Assembly (NCBI GenBank): GCA_963718235.1 | Contig: CAVQYR010000001.1 | Coordinates: 1,888,001 to 1,952,000 of the forward strand | Source of the DNA: an uncultured Actinomycetota bacterium | Lineage (GTDB): Bacteria > Actinomycetota > Actinomycetes > JAHEKZ01 | Length of the DNA stretch: 64,000 bases | Reading direction: 5' to 3' | Shown here: positions 33,859 through 46,121 of the stretch, in pieces | Layout of the letters: every line of letters starts with the position of its first letter | Numbering within the stretch: the stretch's first letter is position 1 | Made by a program: the position numbers and the translations under genes | The notes under the pieces: model-generated | What the model saw: the letters and a program-made list of their open reading frames with translations, nothing else | Told to the model about the DNA's origin: nothing | Database searches by the model: none

Positions 33859-34807
33859 AACCCCCACGCCGCCTGACGTGATGACGACGCGCAAGGAGGC
33901 GGCCACGGCTGCCCTCGCCGACGTCGCCCGAGAACCCGGCGCCGCGAAGCCCGACCCGGTGCTCGTCGCCGACGGCGTCGTCCGCCGCTTCGGCGGTCTG
34001 ACCGCTGTCAACGTCGACCACGTAGAGATCCAGCGTGGCGCCATCACCGCACTGATCGGACCCAACGGTGCCGGCAAGACCACGTTCTTCAACCTGCTGA
34101 CTGGATTCGACAAGACCGACAAGGGCTCCTGGTGGTTCAACAACACGTCCTTGAACGGTGTCCCACCCTTCAAGGTCGCACGGATGGGCATGGTGCGCAC
34201 GTTCCAGCTCACCAAAGTCCTCTCCAAGCTCACGGTGATCGAGAACATGCGCCTTGGGGCCACCGGTCAACGGGGCGAGCGGCTCTTCTTCGGCCTCATC
34301 CCCCCGCTGTGGCGCAGTCAGGAACGCTCGATCACACAGCGGGCTGACGACCTCCTCGCTCGCTTCCAGCTCGACACCAAGCGCGAGGACTTCGCGGGCT
34401 CGCTGTCAGGGGGTCAGCGCAAGTTGCTCGAGATGGCCCGCGCACTCATGGTCGAGCCGGAGCTGGTGATGCTGGACGAGCCCATGGCCGGCGTCAACCC
34501 CGCGCTCACCCAGTCGCTGCTCGGACACGTCAAGGACCTCCGCGAGCAGGGCATGACGGTCCTGTTCGTCGAGCACGACATGGACATGGTGCGGGACATC
34601 TCCGACTGGGTCATCGTCATGGCGCAGGGTGCCGTGATCGCCGAGGGACCGCCCCTGGAGGTCATGGCCGACCAGCGGGTCATCGACGCCTACCTCGGCG
34701 CCCATCACGACCTCTCACTGGCCGAGATCGTCCAGGAGGAGGGGATCGATGCCCCTGAGATCCTCAGCAGCGAGAGCCCGCCCTCGAGCTCGAAGGATGC
34801 GACGTGA
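33848..34807 (+). CDS. livG: ABC ATP-binding protein (LivG-like)
   Basis: FGGLTAV, GPNGAGKTT, LSGGQ, LDEPMAG, VEHDM. Confidence 0.93.
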   Translation: MPAETPTPPDVMTTRKEAATAALADVAREPGAAKPDPVLVADGVVRRFGGLTAVNVDHVEIQRGAITALIGPNGAGKTTFFNLLTGFDKTDKGSWWFNNTSLNGVPPFKVARMGMVRTFQLTKVLSKLTVIENMRLGATGQRGERLFFGLIPPLWRSQERSITQRADDLLARFQLDTKREDFAGSLSGGQRKLLEMARALMVEPELVMLDEPMAGVNPALTQSLLGHVKDLREQGMTVLFVEHDMDMVRDISDWVIVMAQGAVIAEGPPLEVMADQRVIDAYLGAHHDLSLAEIVQEEGIDAPEILSSESPPSSSKDAT

Positions 34808-35640
34808 GCGAACTCACTCCCACCCCCGGCGAGAAGAACCGCGAGGAGTCCGGGCTGCTTCAGGACCGTGACGCCCCTCGCGAGATCGTCGACCGCTCAG
34901 CCCACCTGTCCGGTGCCAGCGACTCGCTGGTAGTCGCTGACGACCTCATCGCCGGCTACCTCCCAGGGGTCAACATCCTCAACGGGTGCGACCTCTACGC
35001 CAAGCGCGGCGAGCTGGTGGGCATCATCGGACCGAACGGGGCCGGGAAGTCCACACTGCTCAAGGCGCTCTTCGGCCTGGTGGACGTCCGGTCCGGCATG
35101 GTGACGCTGGACGGCCAGGACATCACCAACGTGAAGCCGAACAAGCTGGTCAGCCAGGGCATTGGGTTCGTCCCCCAGACGAACAACGTCTTCCCGAGCC
35201 TGACCATCGAGGAGAACCTGCAGATGGGAGCGTTCCAGGCTCCGTCGAAGTTCAAGGAGCGCTTCGAGTTCGTCTCCTCGCTGTTCCCGGCACTCGCCGA
35301 CCGTCGCAAGCAGCCCGCCGGCTCACTGTCCGGAGGCGAACGTCAGATGGTCGCCATGAGCCGAGCACTGATGATGGACCCTTCGGTGATCCTGCTCGAC
35401 GAGCCGTCTGCCGGCCTCTCCCCCGTCCTCCAGGACGACGTTTTCATCCGCACCAAGCAGATCAACGCCGCGGGCGTCACTGTCATCATGGTGGAGCAGA
35501 ATGCGAGCCGCTGCCTGCAGATCTGCGACCGCGGGTACGTGCTCGACCAGGGCCGCAACGCCTACACCGGCACAGGTGCCGCGCTGCTCAAGGATCCCAA
35601 GGTGATCGAGCTGTACCTCGGCACCCTCACCCAGGTCTGA
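34804..35640 (+). CDS. livF: ABC ATP-binding protein (LivF-like)
   Basis: GPNGAGKST, LSGGERQM, LLDEPSAGL, VEQN. Confidence 0.93.
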   Translation: MSELTPTPGEKNREESGLLQDRDAPREIVDRSAHLSGASDSLVVADDLIAGYLPGVNILNGCDLYAKRGELVGIIGPNGAGKSTLLKALFGLVDVRSGMVTLDGQDITNVKPNKLVSQGIGFVPQTNNVFPSLTIEENLQMGAFQAPSKFKERFEFVSSLFPALADRRKQPAGSLSGGERQMVAMSRALMMDPSVILLDEPSAGLSPVLQDDVFIRTKQINAAGVTVIMVEQNASRCLQICDRGYVLDQGRNAYTGTGAALLKDPKVIELYLGTLTQV

Positions 35641-35694
35641 CGACCAGACCGAGGCCCAGCCGCGCTCGCGCTCCCGTCTCCCCAGCTGATCGTG

Positions 35695-35729
35695 CAGAAG
35701 GGGCCCGGCATCACGCCGGGCCCCTTCTG
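35695..35729. terminator. Bidirectional terminator hairpin between livF and the SBP gene
   Basis: Perfect 15-bp stem CAGAAGGGGCCCGGC-ATCAC-GCCGGGCCCCTTCTG. Confidence 0.85.
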
Positions 35730-35744
35730 TCAGCACCTACTTGA

Positions 35745-37112
35745 TCACTCGCTGTTCGGGCCGATGCCCTGCTTGACCAGCTCGTCGACCACCTTCGCCG
35801 ACTCGTCAAAGCCGATGAGGACGATCGCGTCCGGGTCGAGGGCCTTGATCTTGCTGACCTCGGCGCTGAACGACTGCGCAGTCGGGTCGTAGAAGATCGC
35901 CTGCTCCTCGGTGTCCTCCTCGGTCACCATGTTGCCGCCGCCCTCTTCGAACGGGAGGGTGGTGTACTTCGCCAGGCCCTCACCATAGGCATCCTGCAAC
36001 GACAGGATCGCGACGTTGGTGCGACCGTCCTCGAGCATGAGGTTCGCGAGGATGCGCCCCTGCAGCACGTCCGAGGGCGCCACGCGCCACAACAGTCCGC
36101 CGTCCTTGACGGTGGTCAGGTCCGGAGATGTCGCCGCGGGCGACATCTGCAGAATGCCCGCATCAGTCACCAGCTTCACGGTGTTCAGGGTCACGCTGGA
36201 GGATGCCGCGCCGACAATCGCATCGACGCCCTTGGCAATGTGCCCCTGAATGGTCTGCGTCCCCTTCTCGAAGTTGGAGGAGTCGCTGGAGTCACCCGGG
36301 AACCACTTGACGTCCTTACCGAGCACCCCGCCCGCTGCGTTGATCTCCTGGATCGCCAGCTCGACACCCGCCACCTCGGGCGCATAGAGGGAGGCAAGCG
36401 AACCCGTCAGAGGAAGGTAGCCACCGATCTGCAGCTGGCCGTCCGCACCGTCGTTGATCTTGTCGGTGAACGCGGGGGGTGTCCCTTCGGTCGGGGGAAT
36501 GCTGTCATCGATGTAGGTGATCGCCTCGCCCTCGGTGTTGTATCCAGGCACCGTGTTGTTGGCGTCGTACTGGTAGATGCCGATGGAGGCCGATGTCGGG
36601 TCACCGAAGGCGTCGTGCTCGATCGGGCCGGACACGCCGTCGTAGTCGATGTCCTCGCCTTGGGCGATCAGCTCGTTGCACTCGGCGAAGGTCGTGCACT
36701 TGGTGCCGTTGAGCGTGGTCTCCTGCATCTGCTTCGCCATGTCGGAGCCAGCGTCGGACTTCGCCGCTTGGGCGGCCAGTGCGATGGTGATCACGGAGTC
36801 ATACGACTCGGGTCCGTACGAGTAGCCGATCGTGGGAAGCTCCGGGTCTACCTCGTTGAGCCGCTCCTTGAAGTCCGCGTCGATCTCCGCACCGGGGAGG
36901 GTTCCCTTGACGCCTTCCATGGTGCCGGGCTGCAGCTCACCCAGGGGGCCGTTGCCGATGTTGCCATCGACGACGTAGAGCGCCGTTCCGGACTCAGCGG
37001 CGGCGGACGGGCTGTCGCCGCCGTCACCTGAGTCACTGCCGCAGGCGGCCAGCGCGACGCCGGCCACTCCGGCCACGGCGACCAGGCGCCATGTGGGGTT
37101 GGGTCGAATCAT
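35745..37112 (-). CDS. ABC substrate-binding lipoprotein (LivJ/LivK family), apparently circularly permuted
   Basis: LAAC lipobox; family motifs present, but the usual N-terminal segment (IGGYLPLTG..EINAAGGVLG) lies after the usual C-terminal segment (YDGVSGPI..). Confidence 0.88.
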   Translation of the reverse strand: MIRPNPTWRLVAVAGVAGVALAACGSDSGDGGDSPSAAAESGTALYVVDGNIGNGPLGELQPGTMEGVKGTLPGAEIDADFKERLNEVDPELPTIGYSYGPESYDSVITIALAAQAAKSDAGSDMAKQMQETTLNGTKCTTFAECNELIAQGEDIDYDGVSGPIEHDAFGDPTSASIGIYQYDANNTVPGYNTEGEAITYIDDSIPPTEGTPPAFTDKINDGADGQLQIGGYLPLTGSLASLYAPEVAGVELAIQEINAAGGVLGKDVKWFPGDSSDSSNFEKGTQTIQGHIAKGVDAIVGAASSSVTLNTVKLVTDAGILQMSPAATSPDLTTVKDGGLLWRVAPSDVLQGRILANLMLEDGRTNVAILSLQDAYGEGLAKYTTLPFEEGGGNMVTEEDTEEQAIFYDPTAQSFSAEVSKIKALDPDAIVLIGFDESAKVVDELVKQGIGPNSE

Positions 37113-37290
37113 GCATCTCTCCTTGGTACCAGGACGGTTCGCCGCGGCGTCCCGCGACGATCGGATGCCCTGAAACCTAGCCAGGATCTGGGGCCCGTAC
37201 GGCACCTCCAGGCCGAGTCGCACTCAGGTCGTTGTGGCTTCGTGACCTAGGTTCCCTGCCACTGAGGCGCCGCCCTAGACTTCTGGACCT

Positions 37291-37375
37291 GCCCCGGTGT
37301 CGGAACAGGTAGACGAGGCGGTCTCAAACACCGCTGCTGAAAGGCATGAGGGTTCGAGTCCCTCCCGGGGCACCA
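37291..37375 (+). tRNA. tRNA-Leu(CAA)
   Basis: Acceptor stem GCCCCGG/CCGGGGC, anticodon arm GCGGT-CTCAAAC-ACCGC, long variable arm, GGTTCGAGTCC T arm, encoded CCA; TAGACT -10 at 37276. Confidence 0.97.
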
Positions 37376-37440
37376 ACCGTTGTCACCGCATCTGGTGGTC
37401 CATCTACCGCGCTGAGCGCGGGAACGTGACCACGAGACGA

Positions 37441-37851
37441 TCAGGAGGCCAGGGTCGGCTTGACCTCCAGGATGCGCCCGAGCAGCCCGTTGACGAACCC
37501 CGGTGACTCATCGGTCGACAGCTCCTTGACGATCTCGACCGCCTCGTCGACCACCACCGCATCGGGGACGTCGTCGCAGTAGAGCAGCTCGAAGACGCCG
37601 AGGCGAAGGACTGCGCGGTCCACTGCGGGCATCCGGTCCAGTGGCCAGTCGACGGCGTAGGTGCTGATCAGCTCGTCGATCCGCTCCTGCGATGCCACCA
37701 CTCCTTCGACCAGCTCGGCCGTGTAGGGGTTGGTGGGGCCACTCGCCCGAGAGGTTCGTTCGGTGAGCACCTGGAGTGGTGGAACCTGGCGTTGGTCGGC
37801 CTCGAACAGGACGTCCACCGCCCGCTTGCGTGCCTTGCTGCGGGCCCCCAC
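37441..37851 (-). CDS. nusB: Transcription antitermination factor NusB
   Basis: ARSKARKRA, RMPAVDRAVLR, FVNGLL. Confidence 0.97.
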   Translation of the reverse strand: MGARSKARKRAVDVLFEADQRQVPPLQVLTERTSRASGPTNPYTAELVEGVVASQERIDELISTYAVDWPLDRMPAVDRAVLRLGVFELLYCDDVPDAVVVDEAVEIVKELSTDESPGFVNGLLGRILEVKPTLAS

Positions 37852-37852
37852 G

Positions 37853-38413
37853 TCAGTTCGCGCGACCCAGGTAGCTGCCGTCGCGGGTGTCGACCTTGAC
37901 CTTCTCGCCCTGGGTGATGAACAGCGGGACGGCGATCTCGTATCCGGTCTCCAGGGTGGCCGGTTTGGTTCCGCCGGTCGACCGGTCGCCCTGCAGCCCT
38001 GGCTCGGTGTAGGTGATGGTCAGCTCGACCGAGGCCGGGAGCTCCACGTACAGCGGAACACCCTCGTGGACGGCGATGACGGCGTCCTGGTTCTCCAGCA
38101 TGAAGTTCTTCGCGTCCCCGACGGTCTGCTGTGGCACGTTGATCTGGTCGTAGGTCTGGGTGTCCATGAACACCAGGTCGGTGCCGTCGGAGTACAGGTA
38201 CTGCATCTCGCGCTTGTCCACGTTGGCGGTCTCGACCTTGACGCCGGCGTTGAAGGTGCGGTCGACGACCTTGCCCGAGAGGACGTTCTTCAGCTTGGTG
38301 CGCACGAAGGCGCCGCCCTTGCCGGGCTTCACGTGCTGGAACTCCACGACGGTCCACAGCTGACCGTCGATGTTGAGGACCAAGCCGTTCTTCAGGTCGT
38401 TCGTGGTGGCCAC
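37853..38413 (-). CDS. efp: Elongation factor P
   Basis: [29 protein letters not shown]; GTG start 38413. Confidence 0.98.
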   Translation of the reverse strand: MATTNDLKNGLVLNIDGQLWTVVEFQHVKPGKGGAFVRTKLKNVLSGKVVDRTFNAGVKVETANVDKREMQYLYSDGTDLVFMDTQTYDQINVPQQTVGDAKNFMLENQDAVIAVHEGVPLYVELPASVELTITYTEPGLQGDRSTGGTKPATLETGYEIAVPLFITQGEKVKVDTRDGSYLGRAN

Positions 38414-38450
38414 GGCGTCTGTCTCCTGGTCGTGGTGCCGGCGCCGGCCC

Positions 38451-39529
38451 TCAGCCGAGGACCAGCAGCTCGCGGGTGGTGGTCGTGAGCAGCTCCGGTG
38501 TCCGGCGCCGCACGACGAGGGTGTCCTCGATGCGGATACCACCACGTCCGGGGAGGTACACCCCCGGCTCGACGGTGACCGGAACGCTCTCCGCGAGTCT
38601 ATCCGCGCTGGTGGGGCCGAGGAACGGTGCCTCGTGGATCTCCAGACCGACGCCGTGCCCCAAGCCGTGCGTGAAGTGCTCGGCGAGCCCCGCCTCCTGG
38701 AGCACGGCGCGGGCGGCTTCGTCCACCTCCACCGCGCTGGCTCCCGGTGCGAGAGCCTCGCGCCCTGCCCGCTGGGCCGCGGCGACCGCCAGGTAGATCT
38801 CCTGCTGCCAGTCGGTCGGGGGTCCGCCGAGCACGAAGCTCCGGGTCATGTCTGCGTGGTACCCCCCGTAGAGAGCGCCGAAGTCGATCTTCAGCAGGTC
38901 GCCCTTGCCCAGAGGACGATCGGTCGGGCTGTGGTGCGGGATGGCGCTGTTCGGGCCGGATGCGACGATCGTCTCGAAGCTGACCGACTCCGCACCGGCC
39001 TCCAGCATGAGCCAGTCGAGTCGACGGGCCACCTCCCGCTCGGTCTGCCCCACGGCGATGTCGGGCAGCAGCTCGGCCAGGGCGCGGTCTGAGATCGCGC
39101 ACGCCTCCCTCAGCAGCGCGAGCTCACCGTCGTCCTTGACCTGCCTGAGGTCGCGCAGGGCGTCGCCGAGCCGGGCCAGCCGGGCAGCCGTCGCCTCCCT
39201 CAGCCGGTCGTGCAGCGCGACCGAGACGTCGTCGGCCTGGAAGCCGAGGCTCGAGCTCGGTGCGACCGACGACGCGAGGTCGAGCGCGACCTCTCGGGTG
39301 ATCACGGCCGGCAGGTCCGGCACCTGCTCGCCGACCTGGTCGCGGTAGCGGCCGTCGGTGGCCACGGTCGCCGCCCCGTCGGACCGGACCAGCACGGCAC
39401 CGTTCGACCCGGTGAAGCCGGTGAGGTAGCGGACGTCGACGAGCCGGGTCACCAGCGCGGCGTCCAGGTCGTGATCGGCGAGCCAGGCGGCCAGCCGTCG
39501 CCGTCGTGCCTCCGGTCCCGCCTCGATCG

Positions 39530-39533
<4 letters not shown>
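38451..39533 (-). CDS. pepQ: Xaa-Pro peptidase (M24 family)
   Basis: [37 protein letters not shown]; TTG start overlapping the aroQ stop. Confidence 0.92.
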
Positions 39534-41610
<2,077 letters not shown>

Positions 41611-41614
<4 letters not shown>

Positions 41615-42789
41615 CGCACGGTCAGCCGGTCGAGGTACCCGTTGACGTTGTGACGGCTCTCCGCGACGGAGTCTCCGCCGAACTTCTCCAGCATCGCGTC
41701 GGCCAGGACGAGCGCGACCATCGCCTCGGCGACGATGCCGGCCGCGGGTACGGCACACACGTCGGAGCGCTGGTTGATGGCTTTGGCCGGCTCCCCCGTG
41801 CTGACGTCGACCGTGGCCAGGGCTCTGGGGACGGTGGAGATCGGCTTCATCGCCGCCCTGACCCGCAGCTGCTCCCCGGTCGACATCCCGCCCTCGATGC
41901 CCCCCGAACGTCCGCTCGCTCGCCGGATGCCGTCCGCAGTGTTCACGATCTCGTCGTGGGCCACCGAGCCGGTCACTGCCGCCAGCTCGAAACCGTCACC
42001 CACCTCGACCCCCTTGATGGCCTGGATCCCCATCAGCGCGGCGGCCATCCGTGCGTCGAGGCGCCGGTCCCAGTGAACATGGCTGCCCAGACCCGGTGGC
42101 AGCCCGTCGACCACGACCTCCACGACCCCGCCCAGGGTGTCGCCGGCCCGACGTGCCTGCTCGATGGCCTCGACCATGGCCGCGCTCGCCGCACCGTCGA
42201 GGCAGCGGACCGGGTCGGCGTCCAGAGCAGCGACATCGGACTGCGCCGGGACGACGCCGCTGGGGGCCGACGCGGCACCGATCCGCACCACGTGGCTGAC
42301 GACGCCGATGTCGGCGACCTGGCGCAGGAAGGCCGTGGCCACCGCGCCGAGGGCCACTCGAGCCGCCGTCTCTCGTGCGCTGGCCCGCTCGAGCACCGGC
42401 CGCGCATCGTCGAAGCCGTACTTCTGCATGCCCACCAGGTCGGCGTGTCCTGGGCGTGGGCGGGTCAGCGGGGCGTTGCGGGCCTGGTCGGCGAGCACCT
42501 CTTCGGGCACGGGGTCGGCGGACATCACCGTCTCCCACTTGGGCCACTCGCTGTTGCCGACCTCGATCGCCACCGGTGAGCCGATCGTCAGGCCGTGGCG
42601 CACGCCGCCGAGGATGCGGACCTCGTCGCGCTCGAAGGACATCCGGGCCCCGCGCCCATGCCCGAGCCGACGTCGGGCCAGCGCCTCGGCCACACCGTCG
42701 GTCGTGACCTCGACCCCCGCGGGCAGGCCCTCGAGGACCGCCACGAGAGCGGGTCCGTGCGACTCACCTGCCGTCAGCCAACGAAGCAT
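41611..42789 (-). CDS. aroC: Chorismate synthase
   Basis: [36 protein letters not shown]. Confidence 0.99.
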
Positions 42790-42818
42790 GGGGTGCAGTC
42801 TCCCAAATGCCCCGGACG

Positions 42819-42858
42819 CGCCGGTGCCCGCTCCCCCTCAGGGGAGCGGGCACCGGCG
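42819..42858 (-). terminator. Terminator hairpin at the end of the pilM operon
   Basis: 17-18 bp perfect stem GCCGGTGCCCGCTCCCC-CTCA-GGGGAGCGGGCACCGGC. Confidence 0.85.
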
Positions 42859-42881
42859 TCCGTGCGATGGTCGGTGCGGGG

Positions 42882-43535
42882 TCAGCTCCAGTACAGCGTG
42901 ACCGAGTCGCCCTCGATCAGATCGACGATCGAGCCGCTGCCCAGCCGGATCGAGACGTACGCGCCGCTCTTGTCACTGCCGATCCCGACGACCTCGAACT
43001 GGACGACGGCACCCTTCGGGAGCAGGTCACCCTTCTTGACTCCGCGGAACACGTCGCCGTTCACCGTCAGCGTGGCCGTCTTCTTGGCTGTGTCCACCGA
43101 GGTGGCCGTGACCTTGTAGCTGGTGACGGCCGTGTCGGTCGGAGCTGGTGTCGGCGTGGGTGTCGGGTTGGTCGACGTGTCGGTCGGCTGAGTCGTGGGG
43201 AGGGGTGACTCCTCCACGACCGGTACCTCCTCGGCCGCCAGCGGCTCGAACGGGTCGGTACCGACCTCGTCGTCGAACGTCGCCGGAAGCGTCTGCGCCT
43301 TCTTGGGCCCGGGGGTGGGCTCGGCCGAGGTGGTCGGCCGAGGGGTGACCACGAGGGCAGCTCCCTCGTCGTCCCCACCACCGGAGAAGAACAGCACGTA
43401 GGCGACCCCGAGCACGACCACGGCGGCCACGGCGGCTGCCACGATCACGAGCACACGGCGGTTCGAGCTGCCGCTGCCGGCGTCATCAGCGCTGAAGTCC
43501 GGCGGAGTCTCCACCGTCTGGTTGGTGTCGGACAT
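42882..43535 (-). CDS. Membrane-anchored pilus accessory protein (PilP position)
   Basis: One TM helix, DPFEPL motif, Pro/Thr linker, small beta-rich C-terminal domain; follows pilO. Confidence 0.65.
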   Translation of the reverse strand: MSDTNQTVETPPDFSADDAGSGSSNRRVLVIVAAAVAAVVVLGVAYVLFFSGGGDDEGAALVVTPRPTTSAEPTPGPKKAQTLPATFDDEVGTDPFEPLAAEEVPVVEESPLPTTQPTDTSTNPTPTPTPAPTDTAVTSYKVTATSVDTAKKTATLTVNGDVFRGVKKGDLLPKGAVVQFEVVGIGSDKSGAYVSIRLGSGSIVDLIEGDSVTLYWS

Positions 43536-43545
43536 CGCAGATCTC

Positions 43546-44217
43546 CTACTGGGCCGGGGTGGTCGTCGGGGTGGTGGCTGCGGTCGCGTCGGTCGGAGTG
43601 ACGACCTCAGCCGGCGGCACGAGGAACACCTGGGCGGTGATCGTCGCGCTGAGGACGGACGCGTCAGCGCTGTCCTCCGTGGTCGTGGTCGTCGCCGAAC
43701 CGTCGGTCGGCGTGTCGGTCAGGTCGGACTTGTTGACCAGAAGCGCCCGAGGCATGTTCTCGACCTCGTTGAAGAACTGCTGCAGCTCGAAGTAGCCGCC
43801 AGTGGCGACGATCCCCAGCGTGATGGCGTTGAGCGCGCCGGCGGTGTCCGTCACTGTCGTTCCAGGCGTCACCCCGACCACCGCGGGGGCTGACGGCGTC
43901 AGGGAGACGAGGTTCACCCCAGCCTGGTCAGCGGCCTCGGAGAGCTGCCGGATGAGCGTGGGCAGCTGCGGGTCGGAGGGGATCTTGGTCTCCAGCCGAG
44001 CCAGCTTCGCCTGCATCTCCGGAAGGTCCTTGCTCTGTGCCTTCAGCACCGAGATCTGGGTCTCCAGCTGAGCGTTCGCCGCGATCTGGGCATCGGTCTG
44101 GGTAGTGAGGTCTGCCGCGGCCGCCTTCTTGGGCGACACCAGCAGGAACCACGATCCGATGAGCAGGGCGGCCACGAGAACGGCCGTGCCCAGAGCCCAC
44201 TTTCGGGTCTCGGTCAT
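43546..44217 (-). CDS. pilO: Type IV pilus assembly protein PilO
   Basis: N-terminal TM, coiled coil, IP..P.LP.LI, GGYFELQQF..E.MPR. Confidence 0.88.
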   Translation of the reverse strand: MTETRKWALGTAVLVAALLIGSWFLLVSPKKAAAADLTTQTDAQIAANAQLETQISVLKAQSKDLPEMQAKLARLETKIPSDPQLPTLIRQLSEAADQAGVNLVSLTPSAPAVVGVTPGTTVTDTAGALNAITLGIVATGGYFELQQFFNEVENMPRALLVNKSDLTDTPTDGSATTTTTEDSADASVLSATITAQVFLVPPAEVVTPTDATAATTPTTTPAQ

Positions 44218-44218
44218 G

Positions 44219-44896
44219 TCACTTACCTTCCTTCAGGCCGAAGCGGTTGGACTTCGCGGCCTCGGTCAGCTGAGCGCTGGATGCCCACGAGTAGACGGTG
44301 TCCACCGTGTTGTCCTCGTCCTCGGTGATGCTCTGGGCGTAGGGGTTCTCGTACGAGGGCTGCTTGCGGAAGGACTGCAGCCAGGACGCCACGGCGTCGT
44401 AGCTGACGGCCTTGCCCGTGTACGTGACGGTGCCGGTCGGCGGGATGTACGGAACGCCGGTGGCCGCTGCCGCTGCGGCTGCGGCCGGGTCGCTCGGGGC
44501 GACGACGATCGACATCGTGGTCAGCCGGACCGACTGCGGGATGGTGAGGCTCAGGTCGTTCATCAGGAACGACACGCGCACCTCAGGAGCCATCGCCGTG
44601 GCGAGGTTCGTCTCCGCGGTGGCCACCTGCTGTGCGACGAGGGGAACCTCGGCGTACTGAGCTGCCTCGGCCTGCAGAGCCGCGTTCTCGGCCTGAGCGG
44701 CTTCCAGCTCGGACTGTGCCGACGAGACCTGCCCGCTGGCCCAGAAGTAGAGCAGGCCAGCCAGGACGAGGGCTCCGACCACGATCACGGCCAGGACCTT
44801 CTTCAGCCGGGCCAGCTGCTCGGCCTGCTCGATCTCCGGGGGCAGGAGGTTCACCCGCGGGAGCGCGGCAGCACGAGTGACAGTCAACGTGGTCAT
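44219..44896 (-). CDS. pilN: Type IV pilus assembly protein PilN
   Basis: VNLLP PilM-binding motif, TM, coiled coil. Confidence 0.9.
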   Translation of the reverse strand: MTTLTVTRAAALPRVNLLPPEIEQAEQLARLKKVLAVIVVGALVLAGLLYFWASGQVSSAQSELEAAQAENAALQAEAAQYAEVPLVAQQVATAETNLATAMAPEVRVSFLMNDLSLTIPQSVRLTTMSIVVAPSDPAAAAAAAATGVPYIPPTGTVTYTGKAVSYDAVASWLQSFRKQPSYENPYAQSITEDEDNTVDTVYSWASSAQLTEAAKSNRFGLKEGK

Positions 44897-45960
44897 GCGG
44901 CACCGCCCAGGGCAAGACCGACCGGCACGGTGGCCAGCGGTTCGACGAACTGCATCTGCTCTGCGGAGAGCCCGGTCTTGCCGACGGTGATGTCAGCGAA
45001 CGGGTTGCCGCGCACGACCTCGATCCGGGTCGCGGACTGCAGCCGCTCGGCCAGTCCTCCGAGCCTTGATCCGCCACCAGTCAGGAGGATCCGCTCGATC
45101 GGCTGTGAGCCGCTGGACGACGAGTAGTAGTCGAGCGAGCCCCGGACCTGGTCGGCGAACGCCTGCCCGGCCGCGTCCATGACCCGCCCGGCGGCCTGCT
45201 CGTCGGCGTCCTCGCCGGAGGCCTGCATGCCCTGCTCGTGCTTCATGGCCTCGGCCTGTGCGGCGCTCACGCCGATCCGCTCGATGACTGCGTCGGTGAC
45301 GTCCTGGCCGCCCATGAGCAGGATTCGGACGAACCGCGGCACGCCGGACTCGTGGATGATGATGTTGGTGACTCGGGCGCCGACGTCGACGAGTGCCTCG
45401 AGTCGCGAACCGCCCATCCCGAGCTCGTCGGTGTCTGCGAGGGACCGCAGCACCGCAAACGCAGTGAGGTCGACCATCACCGGCTTCAGACCGGCCCGCT
45501 GCACTGCCTCCAGCTGGGCGGAGACCATGTCCCTGCTCGCCGCGACCAGCAGGCCACGCAGCAGGCGTGCCCCGCCGTCGCCGGTCAGCTCCTCGAGAGG
45601 GTAGAAGTCCAGCAGTGCCTGCTCGACCGGCATCGGGATGGTCTCTTGGACTTGGTAGCCAAGAGTCTCCTTCAGCTCGTCGAGCGGGGCCCATGGCAGG
45701 TCGACCTGGCGGACGATGACCTTCTGGTTGGCCACGCCGACCACGACGTCCTTGCCGGTGAACTTGGTGTGGGCCCACAGCTGCTTGAGTGCTGCGGTGA
45801 CCGCGGCGGGGTCGTGTACCTCCCCGTCACGTACCGCACCCTCGGGCAGCGCAACCTGCCCGAACTTTTCGAGCGTGATTCCGGACTTGCCGAATGTCAG
45901 CTCTGCTGCGCGTACGCCCGAGGTCCCGATGTCGAGTCCGATGGCGGTTCGTCCTGCCAC
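44893..45960 (-). CDS. pilM: Type IV pilus assembly protein PilM (actin-like)
   Basis: IGLDIG, VDVGA, LTGGGS. Confidence 0.95.
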   Translation of the reverse strand: MAGRTAIGLDIGTSGVRAAELTFGKSGITLEKFGQVALPEGAVRDGEVHDPAAVTAALKQLWAHTKFTGKDVVVGVANQKVIVRQVDLPWAPLDELKETLGYQVQETIPMPVEQALLDFYPLEELTGDGGARLLRGLLVAASRDMVSAQLEAVQRAGLKPVMVDLTAFAVLRSLADTDELGMGGSRLEALVDVGARVTNIIIHESGVPRFVRILLMGGQDVTDAVIERIGVSAAQAEAMKHEQGMQASGEDADEQAAGRVMDAAGQAFADQVRGSLDYYSSSSGSQPIERILLTGGGSRLGGLAERLQSATRIEVVRGNPFADITVGKTGLSAEQMQFVEPLATVPVGLALGGAA

Positions 45961-46029
45961 GTCGCTTCCCTTTCACCGTGCGGTGTTACTCCGCGTGGGT
46001 GAGCCCTTTTGGGCCATTCCGAGCAGGTC

Positions 46030-46056
46030 ATCGGCGCACAACGGGGTGGGCTTGAG
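46030..46056 (-). promoter_or_regulatory. Sigma28/FliA-WhiG-type promoter of pilM
   Basis: CTCA-N17-GCCGAT. Confidence 0.8.
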
Positions 46057-46121
46057 CGTTCGGTGGGCGATTGGTGGCCAGTGGCCACAGGTGCTGCAGG
46101 GACGGGTGTGTCGAGCGGCCG

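Noticed and set aside
37291-37440. tRNA-Leu as an integration site for a mobile element
   Set aside because: No integrase, transposase or duplicated tRNA 3' end in the window
45985-45999. BldD-like box GTTACTCCGCGTGGG in the pilM leader
   Set aside because: Two mismatches to the TNACNC(A/T)GNGTNA consensus and no second copy at other pil promoters; too weak to call
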